Source of the DNA: Nitrosopumilus sp.
GTDB lineage: Archaea; Thermoproteota; Nitrososphaeria; Nitrososphaerales; Nitrosopumilaceae
Length of the DNA stretch: 64,000 bases
Reading direction: 5' to 3'
Assembly: GCA_965214775.1 (NCBI GenBank)
Contig: OZ243974.1
Span: 2,304,001-2,368,000 of the forward strand
The notes below the pieces were generated by a model that searched no databases, was not told where the DNA came from, and saw nothing but the letters and a program-made list of their open reading frames with translations. Below are positions 59,135 to 64,000 of the stretch, piece by piece. Numbering within the stretch: the stretch's first letter is position 1; every line of letters starts with the position of its first letter. Position numbers and translations under genes: made by a program.

Positions 59135-59205
59135 TACCAATAATATTGGTATAATTATGATGCTTTTCGTAGCGGTTACAATCATTTTCGTAGCAGTTAC
59201 AATAC
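59135..59205. promoter_or_regulatory. Putative operator: palindrome plus 21-bp direct repeats upstream of ArsR-like gene
   Basis: TACCAA-TAATA-TTGGTA; TTTTCGTAGC(G/A)GTTACAAT x2. Confidence 0.45.
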
Positions 59206-59290
59206 TTTTGATACCGCTATAAAGTTTTTAGAAACAAAAAAAAATTAATGCAATTAGACAAAAAAATATGATATAGGGATCTTTTAGATC

Positions 59291-59815
59291 ATGCTGAAAT
59301 CTACTTATTGTATGTCTACTCTGTTAGAAAAGCAAATCAAAGTAAATCGCATTGTTACGACAAGCACCGAGCATGCAAGGGCAATTGAAGACCCTGCCCG
59401 TGCAAAAATTGTGGAGATTCTGTATCGGCAGGCAATGTCTGCAGATCAAATCACCAAAGCGTTAAAAAAGACAGGTTACAAAAAAGCACTGACTACTGTC
59501 CGACACCACTTGGAGATCCTCAAAGAATCTGGCCTGATTGAAGTTGTCAAAATTGAAGAATCTCGCGGAGCCATAACAAAATATTACGGCACGTCTACAA
59601 AGTTACTTGACTTTGAAACTCCGAAAGATTTCGAGTCACAGTACTCAAAAGTCATAGATAACACGTCAGCCAAAATCGAAAAAATCCTCAAGGGACTTGC
59701 CCCAAAAACATCAAAAACAAAGGGAAAGAAATCCCCAGAATACTCCCAGTATCTGGTCATGGAAATCATGAACCGGGCCATGACAAACGTGTTTGAAAAT
59801 TCGGGTAAAAAATAG
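59291..59815 (+). CDS. ArsR-family wHTH transcriptional regulator
   Basis: DPARAKIVEIL...TVRHHLEILKESGLI..KYY. Confidence 0.88.
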   Translation: MLKSTYCMSTLLEKQIKVNRIVTTSTEHARAIEDPARAKIVEILYRQAMSADQITKALKKTGYKKALTTVRHHLEILKESGLIEVVKIEESRGAITKYYGTSTKLLDFETPKDFESQYSKVIDNTSAKIEKILKGLAPKTSKTKGKKSPEYSQYLVMEIMNRAMTNVFENSGKK

Positions 59816-59852
59816 TCGTTAAACCTAAGTATTCCATGTGTGATATTATTGC

Positions 59853-60173
59853 ATGGTACGAGTGTTTTACAGCCAGAAGACAGAGGATCTCATAGAGAAG
59901 ATGACCCTGACACACTGGAGGCAGCAGGTTCAAAACGAGCTTGGCAAAGAACATCAGAGCATGTCTGATAATTGGAAAATGTGTGCAATTGGCGAGCGCA
60001 TACGCATAGAAGGAAAAGACCTAGAGTCAGTCAGGGATCTGTCTCCTGAGGCGATCCAACTGGGATATGACTTTTCAATTGCCATGCAAGAAAAAGACAA
60101 CCAAAAAGCACTGGAAATAATAGCAAAAATTGAACAACTACCTACAATTTGGCGTGATGAGGAACATGGATAA
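59853..60173 (+). CDS. Hypothetical protein
   Basis: 106-aa ORF. Confidence 0.65.
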   Translation: MVRVFYSQKTEDLIEKMTLTHWRQQVQNELGKEHQSMSDNWKMCAIGERIRIEGKDLESVRDLSPEAIQLGYDFSIAMQEKDNQKALEIIAKIEQLPTIWRDEEHG

Positions 60174-60570
60174 AAGAGCTGCAAAATTATTTTCTCAAAA
60201 AAACCTGGCTTTCATTGCAACTGTGATGAAAGACGGTTCCCCACAAGTATCTCCTGTTTGGGCAAATTTTGAAGGTGGTTATGTTCTGGTAAATACTGCT
60301 GAGGGGCGCATAAAACACAAAAATGTTTTACGGGATCCTCGAGTTGCAGTTTCAGTCGTTTCAAAAGATAACCCCTTGGACATGACTACAATTCGTGGTG
60401 TCGTTGAAGAATTGATTCCTGATTATGATTATCGACATGCAGACAAATTAACCAGACAATATATGGGATGCAAACATTATCCCTTCAAACGCGATGGTGA
60501 AAAAAGAGTCATTCTAAAAATAAAGCCTGACAGGGTTTTTGTTTTGCCTGATCTAAAGGTGTCAGAGTAA
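60166..60570 (+). CDS. PPOX-class F420-dependent oxidoreductase
   Basis: ATVMKDGSPQVSPVW, K.KN..RDPRVAV. Confidence 0.88.
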   Translation: MDKRAAKLFSQKNLAFIATVMKDGSPQVSPVWANFEGGYVLVNTAEGRIKHKNVLRDPRVAVSVVSKDNPLDMTTIRGVVEELIPDYDYRHADKLTRQYMGCKHYPFKRDGEKRVILKIKPDRVFVLPDLKVSE

Positions 60571-60825
60571 GAATTTATAATATTTCTAAATTCGAATTTA
60601 GCAATACAATCAATTTAATGCTGGACTGGAAAAAAGACTCAAAGACAGTTTGACGTTTTGTTGCTGCCTTTTCCTTGCATGACGATGCTGTTGCCGTTGC
60701 TGCCTTTGGAAGTCATCGTGACTTTTTTTGTAAAAATATTCGGTGTTGTGGAAAAACAAGTCATATACTAGACTACTTCAACTATTGAAAAATTTGACAG
60801 TTCTTGTGGTTTTAAAATTTATCGG

Positions 60826-61347
60826 TCAACAGTTGACCAGACAAACAGAAGCTGTATCGACTGTTGACTGTTCTTTTTGCGGCCTGATCAAAATTTTGTA
60901 TTGCTTGTCTTCCTCAAACTGTACATCAAACTGTGTGGTTCTTTGTACCGGTTTGCCAGGTTCTATTTTTTCAAATAACAAGTCATTTGCATCAAATTCG
61001 CCATAGGTTGCTTCTGTTTTTTTGTTGCCGTCAATAAAGAAGAACTGTCCTCCTGAGAGATTCGTCACTTTATTGCCGATATTTTTTGCGACAATCCCAA
61101 TTTTTACGAATGTCTTTTCAGGCTTGACATCCTTGTTTCCTTCAAATGTCCCTTCAAACGTGACTATGTATTCTACAGGACCCACGATGATTGGCTCTCC
61201 TGCAATACCTGTCACAAAATTAGTTTGATATTGAGCGTACGTGTACATGGCTATTCCCATAGAACCCACTACTGCCCCTATGACAATAACAATTCCCAGA
61301 TTTACCATGAAATCTGCTGGCTTTTTTGGTATATAGTTGAAGCGCAA
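60826..61347 (-). CDS. DUF4352-like membrane-anchored protein
   Basis: N-terminal TM; FVKI.I..KN.G...IEPG...QFDV. Confidence 0.75.
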   Translation of the reverse strand: MRFNYIPKKPADFMVNLGIVIVIGAVVGSMGIAMYTYAQYQTNFVTGIAGEPIIVGPVEYIVTFEGTFEGNKDVKPEKTFVKIGIVAKNIGNKVTNLSGGQFFFIDGNKKTEATYGEFDANDLLFEKIEPGKPVQRTTQFDVQFEEDKQYKILIRPQKEQSTVDTASVCLVNC

Positions 61348-61442
61348 AAAAAAACGATGCTGTTCAGAATCGTAATCCTAGGGCATATTTTTTGCAGTGA
61401 TCTGCACTAAATCGCACATGATGCCTGCTGACATCGCGGACG

Positions 61443-61505
61443 GATCTATTTGATGCAAATTCGTTTATGCATGATCCGAATTTGTTAATTTCAAAGCAAC
61501 CCTCA
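61443..61505 (-). mobile_element. Partial MITE family C
   Basis: GTTTATGCATGATCCGAAT.TGTTAATTTC matches the reverse of 36530-36572. Confidence 0.6.
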
Positions 61506-61628
61506 TGTTGATAAAACGACGAATGCGCAGCAGGGACAGGAAGTTTCTGCAAAATTTTTGCCTGCAAGACGTGTTAGAGTTTGAGGATCTGGTGAGCCGT
61601 AGAAATATGTCTTGGAAGAACTTTCGGA

Positions 61629-61719
61629 TACGAGGTCACCTACCCCCATCAGCTAGGCACGGATTAGCGTGCATGATTGTGATTTTCGTGCCTAGATGGT
61701 AGGGGGACGTGACCACATA
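61629..61719 (-). mobile_element. MITE family A
   Basis: TACGAGGTCACCTAC...ACGTGACCACATA; reverse homologue of 8625-8715. Confidence 0.78.
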
Positions 61720-61886
61720 CACTTTCGGGATTAAATCCGTGCAAACTAGAGATATGGTGATCCAAAACACGCATGATCGGATCCGAGTCGACAAATCATG
61801 CCGGTAGTGCCTGTCTGGCAACAATACACGGTTGCATCTTGACTATCTATGTGATTTTCAGCGTACCTGCAGTGTATTTTTTATCG

Positions 61887-61975
61887 TAAGAGTTTACCCC
61901 TCAGGCGACACTGCTGGCCGGAGCCTTGATCACCGTGCCTACCACGACGTATTTTCGGGAGGGGGTAAACTCTTA
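61887..61975. mobile_element. MITE family I (89 bp)
   Basis: TIR TAAGAGTTTACCCC / GGGGTAAACTCTTA; GC-rich interior. Confidence 0.7.
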
Positions 61976-62025
61976 CTTTTTTATCCATCATAAACAATAT
62001 AAGAATACATGGCACATTCATTATA

Positions 62026-62571
62026 ATGGATGGTGCTAACATAACTGTCTCCGGACTCGTTCAGGGCGTGGGCTTTCGATACATGACAAGACGCCTGGCA
62101 AAAAAGCATGCATTAAAGGGCAAGGTCGAGAACCTAGAAGACGAAACGGTACGCATTGTCTGCGAGGGGAAAAAGACCAACATTGAGGGATTCGCTGATG
62201 CAATACGTCGCGCCCCGGAGCCAGTCGAGGTAGATGATATCCATATAGAATACGTAAAGCCCACCGGCATGTATCAAAATTTTACGATTGTGATGGGGGA
62301 TATGCTAAAGGAGATGGTGGAGGGTCACGCCACGGGGGCCGTGTATCTCGACTTTATACTCCAGAAACAGGATCAGATGCTGGGAAAACAGGATCAGATG
62401 CTGGGAAAACAGGATCAGATGCTGGGAAAACAGGATCAGATGCTGGGAAAACAGGAAGAAACCATTACAGAGATACGTACGCTGTCATCGAGCATACGTA
62501 ATACGATGGATTCGCGTTTTCAGAGGCTTGAGGACGAGATAATAAAGATAAAAACAAAACTTTCCATATGA
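62026..62571 (+). CDS. Acylphosphatase-domain protein with C-terminal heptad-repeat coiled coil
   Basis: VSGLVQGVGFR and G.VEN acylphosphatase motifs; (KQDQMLG)x4. Confidence 0.88.
   Translation: MDGANITVSGLVQGVGFRYMTRRLAKKHALKGKVENLEDETVRIVCEGKKTNIEGFADAIRRAPEPVEVDDIHIEYVKPTGMYQNFTIVMGDMLKEMVEGHATGAVYLDFILQKQDQMLGKQDQMLGKQDQMLGKQDQMLGKQEETITEIRTLSSSIRNTMDSRFQRLEDEIIKIKTKLSI
62365..62456 (+). repeat. 21-bp perfect tandem repeat x4.4 (AAACAGGATCAGATGCTGGGA)
   Basis: Directly visible. Confidence 0.95.
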
Positions 62572-63057
62572 ACACATTCGTGAATCTTTTGTATGTCAAA
62601 CCAATTCGTCGCGTCTGTCAATCTTGCCTTTTCCTGTCTTCCTAAAAACGACGTGGTGAATCACCTGCTCAAATCATTGCCCAAGACTGACATCGGCATG
62701 GCTGAGCAGATCGACATAATTGGTTGTATCGCGCATGATCACCTGAAGTAGCAAACATGCCGGCGTCACGCTCTGATCCTGCCTAAAACTCACAAGGAAT
62801 GCAAGCCGGGCTCCCATGGTAGTAATGCCGTGCAAGGCATTAAAGTTGTTTCTAAATTCGAGTTTAGAAACATGGATTTTTGACAGTGTGCTACCCAATA
62901 TGCGCCTGCAACGGAAGAATAGGAGGATTCAAGACAGAGACATGGGATACACTCTCACTGGCATCACGACTGAATACGTGGCAGGAGGCTGGCGCGTTGT
63001 AAGTTTTGTGGACTCGAAACGAAAGATTGTTATGAGTCATTTGTATAGCGCGTAACC

Positions 63058-63294
63058 ATGAAAAAAGAGCAGATGTTACCATCTCCGACATTGATTCCAC
63101 ACGCAAACGGCAGGAAAAAAATCAAAAGATGCCCGGACTGCGGCAGTGACGATCTTACGAGGATAGCCTACGGGTATATGGAAATAACCGACAAGATTGA
63201 AAGGGCCATCACACGCAAAAAAATAACGCTTGGTGGTTGTTGCGTCGAACCGTACGATTGGCAATGCAACAACTGCGGTAATTTTTTTGAGTGA
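63058..63294 (+). CDS. Zinc-ribbon hypothetical protein
   Basis: CPDCGS...IAYG...LGGCC...WQCNNCG. Confidence 0.75.
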   Translation: MKKEQMLPSPTLIPHANGRKKIKRCPDCGSDDLTRIAYGYMEITDKIERAITRKKITLGGCCVEPYDWQCNNCGNFFE

Positions 63295-63468
63295 CGAGTA
63301 GATGCCGTTTGCGCCACTCGTGCAGTACGATTGGCAATGCAACAACTGCGGTAATTTTTTGCCGTAGTGGAAGAACATCTTGCTGAAAACCAGTCTTGAT
63401 CTGCCTAACAGTCATCATATGCTGCGCCATTACAGGGGGGAGTTGGGCACAATCTGGAATGAACACCC

Positions 63469-63900
63469 ATGTTAATTAGACCCAGGCTGCCCCGTACAAT
63501 CATGCTCACGGTGGACGATCTGATTGCCATGAACAGGAGGATAATACAGGAGTGGCTTGCAGAGCACCCAGACGGGTTTGAGGGGGTCGGCGCGAACAGA
63601 TCCCTACTTGGGGACATATTGCGTGAGACCTACCGCAAGGAGTCGCCTGTACTAATGGCCGCGCATCTGGTGGCCCATATGGCGTGGTCGCAGCCGTTCT
63701 CAGGTGCCAACAAGAGGACTGCGGTTGCAAGTGCAGCTACTTTACTTAAGACGCATGGTTATGATCTGGTCATAAAAGACAAAGACATCGAGCACATCAG
63801 AAATCTCTTGCTTGATGTTATGGGACAGCGGTCTGCCCTGAATTCAAGCGTGTATGATCAAATAATTTTATATGTATCACTACACGCAAGATCATTATGA
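63469..63900 (+). CDS. Fic/Doc family protein (non-canonical motif)
   Basis: QPFSGANKRTA versus canonical HPFxDGNKRT; LT.DDLIAMN N-terminus. Confidence 0.85.
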   Translation: MLIRPRLPRTIMLTVDDLIAMNRRIIQEWLAEHPDGFEGVGANRSLLGDILRETYRKESPVLMAAHLVAHMAWSQPFSGANKRTAVASAATLLKTHGYDLVIKDKDIEHIRNLLLDVMGQRSALNSSVYDQIILYVSLHARSL

Positions 63901-64000
63901 GCAAGCCGGATATGCTAAGGATTGCAGAAGAGTACATGAGGGACAACAAAGAACTGTTTGATGCACTGGGTGCAGAAAAACCCATCGACACTTCACGCCT
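63897..64000 (+). CDS. Small protein, possible Doc antitoxin (runs off the window)
   Basis: ATGA overlap with Fic stop; MSKPDMLRIAEEYMRDNKELFDALG... Confidence 0.5.
   Translation, partial: MSKPDMLRIAEEYMRDNKELFDALGAEKPIDTSR

Noticed and set aside
63252-63361. DGR template/variable repeat pair
   Set aside because: Too short, no adenine-specific mismatches and no reverse transcriptase in the window

Overview
Archaeal chromosomal window from an ammonia-oxidising thaumarchaeon (Nitrosopumilaceae-like gene content: archaeal EF-2, PAC2, PurP, futalosine-pathway MqnE/MqnD, Tat, purSQLF/purC). An AT-rich core-gene backbone is heavily invaded by mobile DNA: two near-identical intact IS5-family (ISL2-like) elements, an IS5/IS903-like element, an IS481 element with a 16-bp target duplication, a degenerate IS, an IS110 remnant and about 22 MITE copies or fragments from about 9 families. 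This load, together with eukaryote-like sulfotransferases and TPR proteins, suggests a host-associated lineage such as a sponge symbiont (inference). The most notable signal is a pair of GC-rich PAPS-dependent sulfotransferase paralogues that each carry their own poly-G tract (one in frame, one out of frame by 1 nt), a candidate archaeal phase-variation system. One paralogue sits inside a candidate MITE-bounded composite transposon with perfect outer and decayed inner ends. No rRNA, tRNA or convincing CRISPR array was seen. All calls are by eye, with no database searches.
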